In this document: piece by piece, positions 1 to 9,363 of the stretch
Numbering within the stretch: position 1 is the first letter of the stretch
Layout of the letters: every line of letters starts with the position of its first letter
Assembly (NCBI GenBank): GCA_964532285.1
Contig: CAZHHB010000002.1
Coordinates: 36,684 to 100,683 of the forward strand
Reading direction: 5' to 3'
DNA from: an uncultured Candidatus Saccharibacteria bacterium
Lineage (GTDB): Bacteria; Patescibacteriota; Minisyncoccia; Phycocordibacterales; PALSA-1337
Length of the DNA stretch: 64,000 nt
Notes under the pieces: model-generated
The model's input: the letters and a program-made list of their open reading frames with translations, nothing else
Databases searched by the model: none
Told to the model about the DNA's origin: nothing
Translations under genes and position numbers: made by a program

Positions 1-897
1 ATCTCTTCATCATTCATCTTACTCATTGCTGTAATACCTCCTTTTATAACATCGATCAAGGCATCACCGACTTCATAAGGTTCTTGCGGACCGAAGATCG
101 GCTCGTCACTACGATATATGATCTTGCGTGGATTTTGTTTATCAAGAATTACAAAACCAAGCTGATATCGAAAAGCTTCATCAATGCCGTGATAGAGAAC
201 TAGCCAACCTTTTTCGGTAAGGATGGGAGGTGGACCTGTTTCTATAAAAGTATTATCAAAATAGTGTGTTCCCTTTCTGGGAGTTAAGATCGGTTCTGAA
301 TCAGCGACATAACTACTCCCATCAGATGAACTCGCCAGCCACATGAAATATTCTCCGAAAATAAGGGTGATCTCTCCCGAAATACGCTCAGGGAATAATG
401 CTCCGGATTTATTCCAAACGGTACCGCGCTTGGTGGTCGTCTTTTCAACCGGCTTGCCACCTTTCCAACTGACCATCTTTCCGCCATTCTTGAAGAAATC
501 AAAATCAGGGAGCATAGTGCCCTTGCGAGTCCATGGACCATCCAGAGATGTAGCTGTAGCGCTGTGGAGAAGTACCCTCTTTCCATCGTATGCAGAAAAG
601 ACAATGTAATAGATGCCGTCCAAGAAAATCACGCGGGGATCTTCCAAACCTCTCTTTTCACTTTTTCCGGTTCTGACCAAGATGGGCTCCTTGTCCCATT
701 CGAAATGTTCACCGTCAGTAGAAACCGCATGAGTTATGCGCGAATGCCAGTCCAATTCCTTCTTCACAACACGCGGGAAGATATGTATTTTGCCTGTCTC
801 GTCAATCGCCGCCCCAGGATTGTAAATTTTCCACCATTCAGTGTCTTTTGGGTTGAGGATAGGATTAAACTTTGACCGTGTGAAGATGTTTTTCATA
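1..897 (-). CDS. Glycoside hydrolase family 130-like (beta-mannoside phosphorylase-like) protein, 3' end outside window
   Basis: Reverse-strand translation from ATG at 897 reads MKNIFTRSKFNPILNPKDTEWWKIYNPGAAIDETGKIHIF...DGPWT.... The NPGA/DG.W pattern and overall layout resemble the GH130 five-bladed propeller. It runs off the window edge, so it is absent from the complete-ORF track. Confidence 0.55.
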
Positions 898-969
898 ATT
901 TAGAATTATAACATCTATTATTAAAAGTCGTTGCCCTCTACCTTATTTCATGCTTGAATTGGCTTAGAT

Positions 970-1185
970 ATGAATAACTATGATGTAATAAAGGGAAAGA
1001 AGGGCCAAAAACAGGTCAGATTCTGGCCTCATCCGAAAGTCCAGCCCATCAACATGAACGATTTCAAGAAAGCCATTGATGCAGAATTCCCAGGAGTTGA
1101 CCCCAAGGAACTCTGGATTGTCCCCGGATTTATGAGTTTCTGGGTCGAACACAAGGTTGATGGAACGGTTGATCTCGAAAGTTAA
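970..1185 (+). CDS. Small hypothetical protein (71 aa)
   Basis: Complete ORF, followed by a plus-strand hairpin and T-run at 1214-1245. The overlapping minus ORF 964-1203 is an alternative. Confidence 0.35.
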   Translation: MNNYDVIKGKKGQKQVRFWPHPKVQPINMNDFKKAIDAEFPGVDPKELWIVPGFMSFWVEHKVDGTVDLES

Positions 1186-1213
1186 CGCGCGCACGACGCA
1201 CAAATAACATCAA

Positions 1214-1245
1214 GTCGGAGAACGAACAGTCTCCGGCTTTTTTAT
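1214..1245 (+). terminator. Rho-independent terminator-like hairpin (cggaga..tctccg, then T7)
   Basis: Stem cggaga/tctccg at 1216-1235 is followed by gcttttttatt. Confidence 0.5.
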
Positions 1246-1252
1246 TACTTAT

Positions 1253-1483
1253 TTAAACCTTCCCCATAATATCTGCGTATTCCTGCACAGAAATGCCAAG
1301 CACACGGAGATTATTTCGTATAACAAAGACTGGTATAGCAGAGGTCTTAGGAAGAACCACAGGACGCTTGAGTCCGGTCCTGCCCCAAATGCGGTGATCG
1401 CCCTTTTCACGGAGAAGCGTACAGCCGACAAAAGTTAGAAACTTTTCAAAGCGTTTCCAGTCTGTCGGAGCTAGGCCGGGCAT
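1253..1483 (-). CDS. hicA: HicA-family (YcfA-like) toxin, mRNA interferase
   Basis: 76 aa; KGDHRIWGRTGLKRPVVLPKTSAIP...LRVLGIS matches the HicA/YcfA KGSH...P.H motif. It lies 4 bp downstream of the HicB-like ORF. Confidence 0.7.
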   Translation of the reverse strand: MPGLAPTDWKRFEKFLTFVGCTLLREKGDHRIWGRTGLKRPVVLPKTSAIPVFVIRNNLRVLGISVQEYADIMGKV

Positions 1484-1486
1484 GAG

Positions 1487-1777
1487 TTACGCCGGCATCG
1501 GCACATTAAACATCTGCGTATCCTGCGCCACGACCGTCGGTGGATTCCATCCACTATTTTGTTTATTCCAGCCAAGATCAGACAAAACGGATTCAAGCGT
1601 ACCCATATTGAGACACTCTTCAAAGAAAATACCTACCACCTCGTTAAAGCGCTTTTTTGCTTGTTCGAAGGTATCTCCTGATGTAGAGAGGTCTAGTGCA
1701 GGAGTATAAGCAACGAATTGCTCGCCTTCGCGGAGAAATGTTACTGGTAATGAGGCTTGAAAGTTGATCTTTCTCAT
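1487..1777 (-). CDS. hicB: HicB-family antitoxin (UPF0150)
   Basis: 96 aa; FVAYTPALDLSTSGDTFEQAKKRFNEVVGIFFEE is a typical HicB N-terminal fold motif. It forms an operon with hicA. Confidence 0.65.
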   Translation of the reverse strand: MRKINFQASLPVTFLREGEQFVAYTPALDLSTSGDTFEQAKKRFNEVVGIFFEECLNMGTLESVLSDLGWNKQNSGWNPPTVVAQDTQMFNVPMPA

Positions 1778-1977
1778 GGCTCAATACTATCAAATATACG
1801 CCTGTAAAGCAATTTCACGTTTCAACCATACTACTAGCAATGAAACTTTATAAAGTTACGCAAAATAGTGGATTCCTATAAAGTTAGTTGGGCGTTACCA
1901 CTCGTCAATGGAAATTGAAACCTTGTAATACCCAGCGCTTTCATTCGGCACCAGAGTACAGAGACAGAGATGACAAT

Positions 1978-2232
1978 ATGACACCATTCATACAATCAGA
2001 AATATTCTTCTTTATAGCTTCAATAGGCTTTGTCGTAGTCGGAGTCGTTATTTTCATCTTCGCCACCTACTCAATCAAAGTGGTCCGCTCCCTGCTCCGA
2101 ATAGTTGAACGAATCGAATCCAGCCTGAATGACATTGGCGACATAACAATAGAGCTCCTCGATGACTTGCGCAATAATATATTCTTCAGGATATTATTCC
2201 CTACCAAGAAGAAACGGAACAATAAACGATAA
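1978..2232 (+). CDS. Small membrane protein, hypothetical
   Basis: Internal Met start (MTPFIQSEIFFFIASIGFVVVGVVIFIFATY) gives one TM helix. The ORF-track start at 1888 is probably too far upstream. Confidence 0.4.
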   Translation: MTPFIQSEIFFFIASIGFVVVGVVIFIFATYSIKVVRSLLRIVERIESSLNDIGDITIELLDDLRNNIFFRILFPTKKKRNNKR

Positions 2233-2263
2233 AAAATCTATTAATTAATCACAAAAAAATATT

Positions 2264-2602
2264 ATGAAAAATAAACCAAATAAAAATAAAATATCAAAAG
2301 GAAAGGTGGTGGCACTCGGCGCTAGTGCGATCGCTCTCGCCGCAAGCACATATTATTTCTTCGGACCGCTAGGCAAGATCCATCGCACTAAAGCTTTGGG
2401 TTGGATGATCAGAATGAAAGGCGAGATCATAGAGAAGATTGAGGAAGCTGGCGAAATGACTAAGGAAGGCTACAACAAGATCGTTGACTCAGTGTTAGAT
2501 ACATATATCACTGCTGGTAAGATAGCTAAACCCGAACTACAGACTTTCGCTAACAATTTGAAGAAGCAGTGGAAACACATACTAGAGACTTTGCCGAGTT
2601 AG
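2264..2602 (+). CDS. Hypothetical membrane-anchored protein (YtxH-like topology)
   Basis: N-terminal K-rich segment plus TM (VVALGASAIALAAS), followed by a helical charged region. Confidence 0.4.
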   Translation: MKNKPNKNKISKGKVVALGASAIALAASTYYFFGPLGKIHRTKALGWMIRMKGEIIEKIEEAGEMTKEGYNKIVDSVLDTYITAGKIAKPELQTFANNLKKQWKHILETLPS

Positions 2603-2638
2603 GTGAATTAGCCGACAAGATAATGGTTGCCAATGAAA

Positions 2639-3292
2639 TTAGAATGCATTAGAAGTATTGAAAATATTCTTCTTCCCAAGACCGATAATTTTGGTCGTCT
2701 TTCCATTTATCAATACTGCCTGCTTATCAGTTAACGCTATTACTGGGTATTTTGTCTTTTTCGTGCCCTCAATAACTGCATCGCGACATTCCCTATTGAA
2801 ATGTGCCGTGATTAAAAATGGAACCAGATTCAATCCTCGCAGATTCTTCAGACCTAAATTATCCCTATCAGCATGTTTCCATGTCGCCGCCTCAATCGTT
2901 GGACATGCTACATAACTCCCCGCGCTCAATCCCAAATATACACCCCCTTTCTTAACGAAATGCTTTATAGCCTTATCTAGACCAGTTTTCCTGATACCAT
3001 TCAGATATTCAAAGGTATTTCCTCCAAAAACAAATACCGCATCAAATGCCTTCAATTCACTGTTTTTTATCTTTCTATCGAATTGAAAAAAGGTAATGTT
3101 CTCTTTTAGTATATGAACTCCTTTGAATTGTCTGAACTGGCGAAGAATATATTTATTGCGTTTGAGATATTTTACTGGCGTGATAACCAATAATATCCTG
3201 ATATCGGAAGGTTTCTTACCGACCAATTTAACAAACTCTTTGCCTATAGAAGGGTTTTTCCACCAACCTGCCGATGTAAGAAGTAATTTCAT
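2639..3292 (-). CDS. Peptidase S51 family (peptidase E / cyanophycinase-like)
   Basis: MKLLLTSAG start, GGNTFEYL, and the catalytic-Ser context GLSAGSYV are typical of the S51 family. Confidence 0.7.
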   Translation of the reverse strand: MKLLLTSAGWWKNPSIGKEFVKLVGKKPSDIRILLVITPVKYLKRNKYILRQFRQFKGVHILKENITFFQFDRKIKNSELKAFDAVFVFGGNTFEYLNGIRKTGLDKAIKHFVKKGGVYLGLSAGSYVACPTIEAATWKHADRDNLGLKNLRGLNLVPFLITAHFNRECRDAVIEGTKKTKYPVIALTDKQAVLINGKTTKIIGLGKKNIFNTSNAF

Positions 3293-3436
3293 AATTATGA
3301 ATATATCATAATAATTTTTAATTCACATCCGGCTCTATACAGTGATTGTATTACACAATCTTTGTTACCGATGTGACCTGCGTCAGTGAATATTGGAACT
3401 AGTTATTATCACAAATTACCAATTATTCGCATATTA

Positions 3437-4006
3437 TTAATTCTTCAACAAGACCGGCTCTTTAATAACAGGAATTATAAGATCTGTACTTATGTTTGGT
3501 AATTGCATTCTAATCCTGTCCAGATTATTTCCGCCAGTATCAATAAAATACCATGTCTTGCCTTTATCTGGCGATATCGCAATTAACGCACCTTGTGACA
3601 CGAGAAGTCCTGTTGGTATCTTTATCTCGAGAGTCTGAGGGAGTACTGACTGTAGTTCGGTACCAGTATCGACAATTTTTGTTGGCTCACTAAATATAAC
3701 TTTAGAGAGAATCGTGTCTTTTGAAACAGCATCCTTCATGATCTGAATAAACTTGTCTTTACCTCCCAGAGCACTAACAATTTTTGGATAGGCAAATTCA
3801 GAAAACTTTTCGTAATCTTTGCTTATCAAAGCCTGAGCCATTTTATTTGCCTGTTCTATCATCACAGAGGCAGTACTAGTACTAGTGGTCTCAATATTAT
3901 TTTTTACAGTATTTTCATTCGGCTTATTATTAAAAATAATCATTCCACACACAATAACTAAAGCTAATGTAATTACTACAACTATGTTTCGTTTTTGATT
4001 TTTCAT
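3437..4006 (-). CDS. Hypothetical membrane-anchored secreted protein
   Basis: Start chosen at MKNQKRNIVVVITLALVIVCGMIIF (signal anchor). The ORF-track start at 4042 is upstream of this. Confidence 0.4.
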   Translation of the reverse strand: MKNQKRNIVVVITLALVIVCGMIIFNNKPNENTVKNNIETTSTSTASVMIEQANKMAQALISKDYEKFSEFAYPKIVSALGGKDKFIQIMKDAVSKDTILSKVIFSEPTKIVDTGTELQSVLPQTLEIKIPTGLLVSQGALIAISPDKGKTWYFIDTGGNNLDRIRMQLPNISTDLIIPVIKEPVLLKN

Positions 4007-4051
4007 ATAAATGATTAAACCACGACATGTCATTACACACAAGACTCATTG

Positions 4052-4123
4052 TAGCCCTACAGGGAATCGAACCCTGATTACTGCCTTGAGAAGGCAATGT
4101 CCTAACCGTTAGACGATAGGGCC
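4052..4123 (-). tRNA. tRNA-Glu (anticodon CUC)
   Basis: Reverse complement GGCCCTATCGTCTAACGGTTAGGACATTGCCTTCTCAAGGCAGTAATCAGGGTTCGATTCCCTGTAGGGCTA folds as a cloverleaf. Anticodon loop is TTCTCAA, T-loop is GGTTCGATTCC, and the D-arm is Glu-like. Confidence 0.8.
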
Positions 4124-4213
4124 CTTCGTCGCTTCGCTCCTCAGGGCCTCCGGCCCAAATACTCAGAGAGAATCAACTCGTGCACTATAACCCGAAAATT
4201 AAACTTATTCAAC

Positions 4214-4234
4214 TACCGAGATCGGATCTTGGTG
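4214..4234. repeat. 21-bp palindromic repeat unit (taccgagatcggatcttggtg), family P
   Basis: Matches units at 32724, 35876, 37441, 45545, 47039, 47666, 48893 and 52130. Confidence 0.7.
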
Positions 4235-4237
4235 TTT

Positions 4238-5608
4238 CTAAGCTTTCTCCAGCCACTCCTTCTCTTGTCTGACCAGGAGTCTCGCCGCTCGATCTGGTTC
4301 TCTCATCAGAGCCTTTACAACTCTCTCCATCCTTATAGATTGTGAACCCTTCACCAGGATAATATCACCAGGCTTCATGATCGATACGAGATAATCTGGC
4401 ACTTGACTTGAAGAGTCAAATGAAACGACGGCACTTTCGGCAAGACCAGCTTGGACAGCCTCTCCGGCTGTTGACCGAGACCTTTGCCCTACCGTTATCA
4501 GACGGCCAACAACATTCGCAGCTGCCCTACCGACACTACGATGTTCTTCAGAGGCATATTTACCCAATTCCATCATGTCTCCCAAGACAGCAATCTTCGT
4601 TCCATTACATTTCAAATCTTTCAGGGCCTGGAGTGCGGAGAGTGTTGCATCAGGAGAAGAATTGTAAGTATCATCTATGATCGTGGTTTCATTCAAACCA
4701 GGGATGATATTCATACGCCCATGAGGAGCCTCGTATGTGTTCAATCCTTTGACTATAGTTTCAAAACTCAAATTGCGAGCCTTACCGACAGCCGCGGCCG
4801 CCAATAGAGGATATTGATAGACATTTCCCAAAACATTACCAATCCTGATCTTTTCTGTTCGACCTTCAATTATCAAATCAAATGTAATGCCTATAGGAAT
4901 ATCTACCTGTTTTGAATTTGAAATACCTAAGCCTTCTGTAGTATTAGAAACACTCGTAGCCCCCAACATGTTTGATTCGTAAACCGTTGAAACGCCGCCC
5001 GACCTAACTGTTGCTTCGGGATTTGTGCCGTATGACAAAACCTTAACATCCTTATCCTTGATCATACCCTTCATAGACATCACTTTCTCATCATCAGCAA
5101 AAAGTATCACCGTACCACCATCTTTCACCGCTTGAACCAAAGAGAACTTCTCTTCAAAAACTTGTTCGGGGGATGTGAAGAATTCGACATGAACCGGAGT
5201 ACGACTAACCATAGTGATCACAGAAATATCTGGATGCAACCATTTCGCAATCTTTTTGATGTCTCCTGGATAATCTGCCCCTATTTCTAGAATCAGACAA
5301 TCAGGATATTCTTGGCGTTTCAGGATCAAACTCAATCCTCTATGAATATTCTCAAGCCACAGAGCGACACTATGCCAAGCATTTGGGACACCGATCACAG
5401 TCAGGGGTAGTCCGATATCACTATTGAAACTCTTGTCGCTTTTCCTCACATATTTACTCTGATCTTTTAGGACACAATAAATAGCATCTTTTGTAGAAGT
5501 CTTGCCGACACTACCTGTTACGGCAACGATAAAAGGCTTGTATTTACGCAATATCAAACGAGATTCCCAAATGAGAATCTTTATGATTATCTTCTTGAAA
5601 ATAAACAT
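4238..5608 (-). CDS. murF: UDP-N-acetylmuramoyl-tripeptide--D-alanyl-D-alanine ligase
   Basis: 456 aa; P-loop AVTGSVGKTSTK and Mur ligase domain architecture. Sits in dcw cluster context. Confidence 0.9.
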   Translation of the reverse strand: MFIFKKIIIKILIWESRLILRKYKPFIVAVTGSVGKTSTKDAIYCVLKDQSKYVRKSDKSFNSDIGLPLTVIGVPNAWHSVALWLENIHRGLSLILKRQEYPDCLILEIGADYPGDIKKIAKWLHPDISVITMVSRTPVHVEFFTSPEQVFEEKFSLVQAVKDGGTVILFADDEKVMSMKGMIKDKDVKVLSYGTNPEATVRSGGVSTVYESNMLGATSVSNTTEGLGISNSKQVDIPIGITFDLIIEGRTEKIRIGNVLGNVYQYPLLAAAAVGKARNLSFETIVKGLNTYEAPHGRMNIIPGLNETTIIDDTYNSSPDATLSALQALKDLKCNGTKIAVLGDMMELGKYASEEHRSVGRAAANVVGRLITVGQRSRSTAGEAVQAGLAESAVVSFDSSSQVPDYLVSIMKPGDIILVKGSQSIRMERVVKALMREPDRAARLLVRQEKEWLEKA

Positions 5609-5611
5609 ATT

Positions 5612-7333
5612 TTATCTATCGGGTACGATATTGTAATAGCTTATCAGAAACTTCGCCAAATCGCTAAAGGGGTCTGTTAGAGTCTCCGAGGCGTATTCGG
5701 CACCCTTTGGGTAGACTTGATACAAGAATACTAAAAATTCTGGATCATACGCAGGGAAATATCCGAAAAATGAATGTAAATACCTATCAGAATAGTATCC
5801 CCCACTCTTATCAGCAATCTGGGCCGTACCAGTCTTGGCGGCAATACTATATCTCTCCATGCGTATATTGGGATGCGAAACAGCGATTTTCTCATCGACA
5901 ACTTTGACCAACATACCAGTAACACTGTCCGTAGTTTCTTTTGAAAGTACCGGCCCACTTCTCTGTGGTTGATTCTTCTTTATTGTCCCATCAGAATAAT
6001 CTATCTCTTTCATCAGATGAGGTGTAACCAAATAACCCCCATTGGCAAGGACAGAGAGCACTCTGGTCATACTTATAGGAGAAATGGATATGCCTTGACC
6101 ATATGCCATAGTGGCAATTTCTACATCACGCCCAGTCTTTAGATTGGTAGCTATGCCCGCAGATTCAAACGGCTGATCAATACCGGTTTTCTCCCCCAAA
6201 CCAAATTCAGTAAAATATTTTACAAAGACTTCTTTACCCATTTTGAGAGCAATCGTAGCCGCCCCGACATTCAAAGACTGACTGAGTATTTCCTGCATCG
6301 GGATAATGCCTCGAGCCTTACCGTCATAGTTAGATATCTTTTTACCCGACAAAGTCATCGTTCCAGTATCATCATATGTAGAGTGTGGTTTTTCTGTACC
6401 GCTATCCAAGGCGGCGGCCATAGTCAAAGGTTTCATGATTGACCCCATCTCGTAAGCGCTCTCGACCAGGGGATTGGATAGGATAGAAATGTTTTTGATT
6501 GATGAGGTATTATTCGGATTGAAAGTGGGCAGAGAAGACATGGCTATAATCTCCCCTGTTTTTGGGTCTATGACAATTCCACCGATTTCATCTGGACGCC
6601 AGATGGTATTGGTTTGAACCAAGACTCTTTCCAAATATCTTTCAACCGTCGGTTCTACGGTCATGATGATATCGCCTTCTTTTTTGGAACTACCACCGAA
6701 GATAGTATTCCTCAAACCAGAAAAAAGCTCAGCAAAGACATTGATATTATTACTGCTACCAGAACGGCTCAAAACATCTTCGTATACGCGCTCCAGACCA
6801 TAACGCCCAGTGACAGATGAGGATTTCGAATCTTCACCTACAATACCCAGAGTATGAGCCGCCAAACTTCCCCCCGGATAAGATCTCCAAGTTTTTGGGA
6901 TTACACTTACTCCATTTATAAGCAAATTCTTCACAGACTGTGCAACCACAGCATCAGTCTGATCAACCAGTACTTCATAATGACTATTGGGTTTACCGGC
7001 TTTCGCCAAGAAATCCGTCTCATTTAATTTTATATACTGAGATAATGCTTCATATACCTGCACGGGGTTGGCTATAACCGTCGGATTCATAAATATAATG
7101 AAACCACTTTCCAGAGTAGCGGCTGAAGCTTTGGTGCCATCTTTCGATTGAAAATACATGGATCCCCTATCGAAAAGTGTATTTAACGGTTTGACATATT
7201 GTTCATTTGCTTTAGTGGCATATGATTTACCCCTGACAATTTGCGTCCAGTAAAGAGACACGGCTATCACCATCGCCCCCATAACGATTAAAATTAGAAC
7301 TATTTTAGCTCGCGAATATTGTTCAGAGTTCAT
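5612..7333 (-). CDS. ftsI: Penicillin-binding protein, class B transpeptidase (FtsI-like)
   Basis: 573 aa; N-terminal TM, transpeptidase motifs SIMKP, SSN-like and KTGTAQ. Lies downstream of ftsL. Confidence 0.85.
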   Translation of the reverse strand: MNSEQYSRAKIVLILIVMGAMVIAVSLYWTQIVRGKSYATKANEQYVKPLNTLFDRGSMYFQSKDGTKASAATLESGFIIFMNPTVIANPVQVYEALSQYIKLNETDFLAKAGKPNSHYEVLVDQTDAVVAQSVKNLLINGVSVIPKTWRSYPGGSLAAHTLGIVGEDSKSSSVTGRYGLERVYEDVLSRSGSSNNINVFAELFSGLRNTIFGGSSKKEGDIIMTVEPTVERYLERVLVQTNTIWRPDEIGGIVIDPKTGEIIAMSSLPTFNPNNTSSIKNISILSNPLVESAYEMGSIMKPLTMAAALDSGTEKPHSTYDDTGTMTLSGKKISNYDGKARGIIPMQEILSQSLNVGAATIALKMGKEVFVKYFTEFGLGEKTGIDQPFESAGIATNLKTGRDVEIATMAYGQGISISPISMTRVLSVLANGGYLVTPHLMKEIDYSDGTIKKNQPQRSGPVLSKETTDSVTGMLVKVVDEKIAVSHPNIRMERYSIAAKTGTAQIADKSGGYYSDRYLHSFFGYFPAYDPEFLVFLYQVYPKGAEYASETLTDPFSDLAKFLISYYNIVPDR

Positions 7334-7655
7334 TTCCAGTCATGGCGACACGACCAATCGGAACAGATCGAGGAATATATTCACTTACATGCCCCTGACT
7401 CATACCATGAACGGATAGGCTGTCAGGCATGATGGTGCTGGAAAGTTCTATATATTTACCATCCAAACGATCGACAGAAGCACTCAGAGTCTTCATCTCT
7501 ACCCCAATCTTTTGTATAGAAACTGTATTCGAAACTATCTTATAAATATTGATGGCATACAACAGGGCCAATACAGGACAAATAACAAAGAATACATAAG
7601 CGATCTTTGTACGATATTCGGAAGCAATATTATAAGTTTGTGCTATTTGTTTCAT
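7323..7655 (-). CDS. ftsL: Cell division protein FtsL-like
   Basis: 110 aa single-TM coiled-coil protein between rsmH and ftsI; position is conserved in dcw clusters. Confidence 0.6.
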   Translation of the reverse strand: MKQIAQTYNIASEYRTKIAYVFFVICPVLALLYAINIYKIVSNTVSIQKIGVEMKTLSASVDRLDGKYIELSSTIMPDSLSVHGMSQGHVSEYIPRSVPIGRVAMTGNEL

Positions 7656-8588
7656 TTATTTTTCAAGTATTCTTAATTTTGCACTTCTAGATCTTGGATT
7701 GATTGCTACTTCTTCATTACTAGGTCTAATCGGCTTTTTCGTGACAATCAATGCGCCATCTTTTGCTTTTTCTTTATAAAAATTCTTAACGATACGATCC
7801 TCTAAACTATGAAATGAAATTATCGCCATCCTCCCTCCATAATTCAAAAACTCATATCCTTTGGCGAGACCTTCTTTGAGAGCACCGAGTTCATCATTCA
7901 CTGCTATCCTCAACGCTTGGAATGTCTTCGTGGCTGGATGTATCTTTCCTCTCCTATAAAATGCCGGGACTGAACTCTTCACTATCTCTGAAAGTTCTCC
8001 TGAGGTCTCTATCTTCTTTTTTGCCCGATAGCTGATGATGGCTCTACTGATACGCCTGGCGAATCTCTCTTCTCCATATCCAAATATGACATCAGCGATA
8101 GTTTCTTCACTCCACTCATTGACTATTGTCTTTGCATTGAATGGATAGCTCGCGGGATCACCCATAGTCATCAGTAATTCTTCATCTTTCTGAAATGAAA
8201 ACCCTTTGCCTGAAGACTGTAGTTCATCTGAAGAAATGCCCAGATCCAAAATAATAAAATCTATATTTTGAATACCGTACTTATTCAGAACCTTGTCTAT
8301 ATTACGGAAATTCTCACATTCGAGAATGATCTTGTTTGCCTTGCCAGACAGAGTCTTTGCGGCTTGTTCTGTGGCTTTTGGATCTCTATCGAGCCCGATC
8401 AGGTTGATCCTCTCATGGAAGAATCCGCAAATTTCCAGAGAATGTCCGGCTCCGCCCAGGGTGCCGTCCACAACCGTTATTGTCTTCTCCCCACTTATAG
8501 ATGTCTGCCTACTATTGATCTGCGACCAATAATCAGTCAAATGAGATGTAACCTCGTGTAAAAGAACAGGTTTGTGCACACTTTGCAT
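7656..8588 (-). CDS. rsmH: 16S rRNA (cytosine1402-N4)-methyltransferase RsmH/MraW
   Basis: 310 aa; VVDGTLGGAGHS motif and mraZ-rsmH linkage. Confidence 0.9.
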   Translation of the reverse strand: MQSVHKPVLLHEVTSHLTDYWSQINSRQTSISGEKTITVVDGTLGGAGHSLEICGFFHERINLIGLDRDPKATEQAAKTLSGKANKIILECENFRNIDKVLNKYGIQNIDFIILDLGISSDELQSSGKGFSFQKDEELLMTMGDPASYPFNAKTIVNEWSEETIADVIFGYGEERFARRISRAIISYRAKKKIETSGELSEIVKSSVPAFYRRGKIHPATKTFQALRIAVNDELGALKEGLAKGYEFLNYGGRMAIISFHSLEDRIVKNFYKEKAKDGALIVTKKPIRPSNEEVAINPRSRSAKLRILEK

Positions 8589-8594
8589 GATCTC

Positions 8595-9035
8595 CTATAG
8601 CATGCCCGCTTGACCCAACTTCTCCGCCAAAGCATCGGCTTTATTCTCGATGGATTGACGATAAGCGTTCCAAGTATCCTCATCCCACAGTTCGGCTCGA
8701 TCTTTGACGCCAATGAAGACAACTTTGGTCTTGAGTTTGGCACGATCGCGAAGATAACTAGGGATAAGCATGCGGCCGACTGCATCAACCTCGACTTCAA
8801 CCGCACCTCCGAGAAGATATCGGTTGAAGCCTCGATTGTCCGCCTGCAGTATCGAACTTTCACTCACTGACAAACGCGCGGATATCTTTTCCCATTCTTT
8901 CATCGTGAAGATGAATAGACAGGAATCAAGTCCGGGCGTTATAACCACTTTTTTGCCCATCTCCTGTCTGAATTTGGCAGGGAGGGATAAGCGGCTTTTG
9001 TCATCGATAGAATGAGTGTATTGTCCGATGATCAT
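8595..9035 (-). CDS. mraZ: Transcriptional regulator MraZ
   Basis: 146 aa; duplicated MraZ domain (DDKSRLSLPAKFR ... RMLIPSYLR); first gene of the dcw cluster. Confidence 0.9.
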   Translation of the reverse strand: MIIGQYTHSIDDKSRLSLPAKFRQEMGKKVVITPGLDSCLFIFTMKEWEKISARLSVSESSILQADNRGFNRYLLGGAVEVEVDAVGRMLIPSYLRDRAKLKTKVVFIGVKDRAELWDEDTWNAYRQSIENKADALAEKLGQAGML

Positions 9036-9165
9036 AATTGCCCGCGGGATTTTGTGTAAAATTATTTCTTCAAAATTATCAAATTATGAGAAATATATTT
9101 ATACCACTTCTTCCCACTTGGTGACCATTATATCCCACTTAATGGTTTTTCACAGCAAAAATAAC

Positions 9166-9185
9166 AGTGGATAAGCTGTGGATAA
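9166..9185 (+). promoter_or_regulatory. Two tandem DnaA-box-like 9-mers (agtggataa / tgtggataa, the reverse complement of TTATCCACA) upstream of mraZ
   Basis: tgtggataa at 9177-9185 is a perfect DnaA box; agtggataa at 9166-9174 has one mismatch. They sit 11 bp apart in the same orientation. Confidence 0.4.
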
Positions 9186-9202
9186 GATTTAACCGTGCGA
9201 CA

Positions 9203-9354
9203 GGTTGGAATATTCTATTCCGAACCCACGATCGGCCTTGCTCGTACAACGGAACACCTCGCAAGGCCGTCTCTTCTCGCGCTGGTGTTATTGGTATACA
9301 GAGTTAATCTACAACAGCGCTCCGAAAGGGGTGTCGTCATAGAATATTCCAACC
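9203..9354. ncRNA. 152-nt GC-rich structured element with 16-bp perfect terminal inverted repeats; candidate ncRNA/structured element
   Basis: ggttggaatattctat (9203-9218) pairs with atagaatattccaacc (9339-9354). Inside are a 9-bp stem cggccttgc/gcaaggccg and a 6-bp stem gcgctg/cagcgc. GC content is far above the flanking sequence. Confidence 0.35.
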
Positions 9355-9363
9355 TGCCGTATT

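Noticed and set aside
343-875. Plus-strand ORFs 343-609 and 564-875, and minus-strand ORF 284-604
   Set aside because: They lie within the partial GH130 gene on the minus strand, in wrong frames, and have no motifs.
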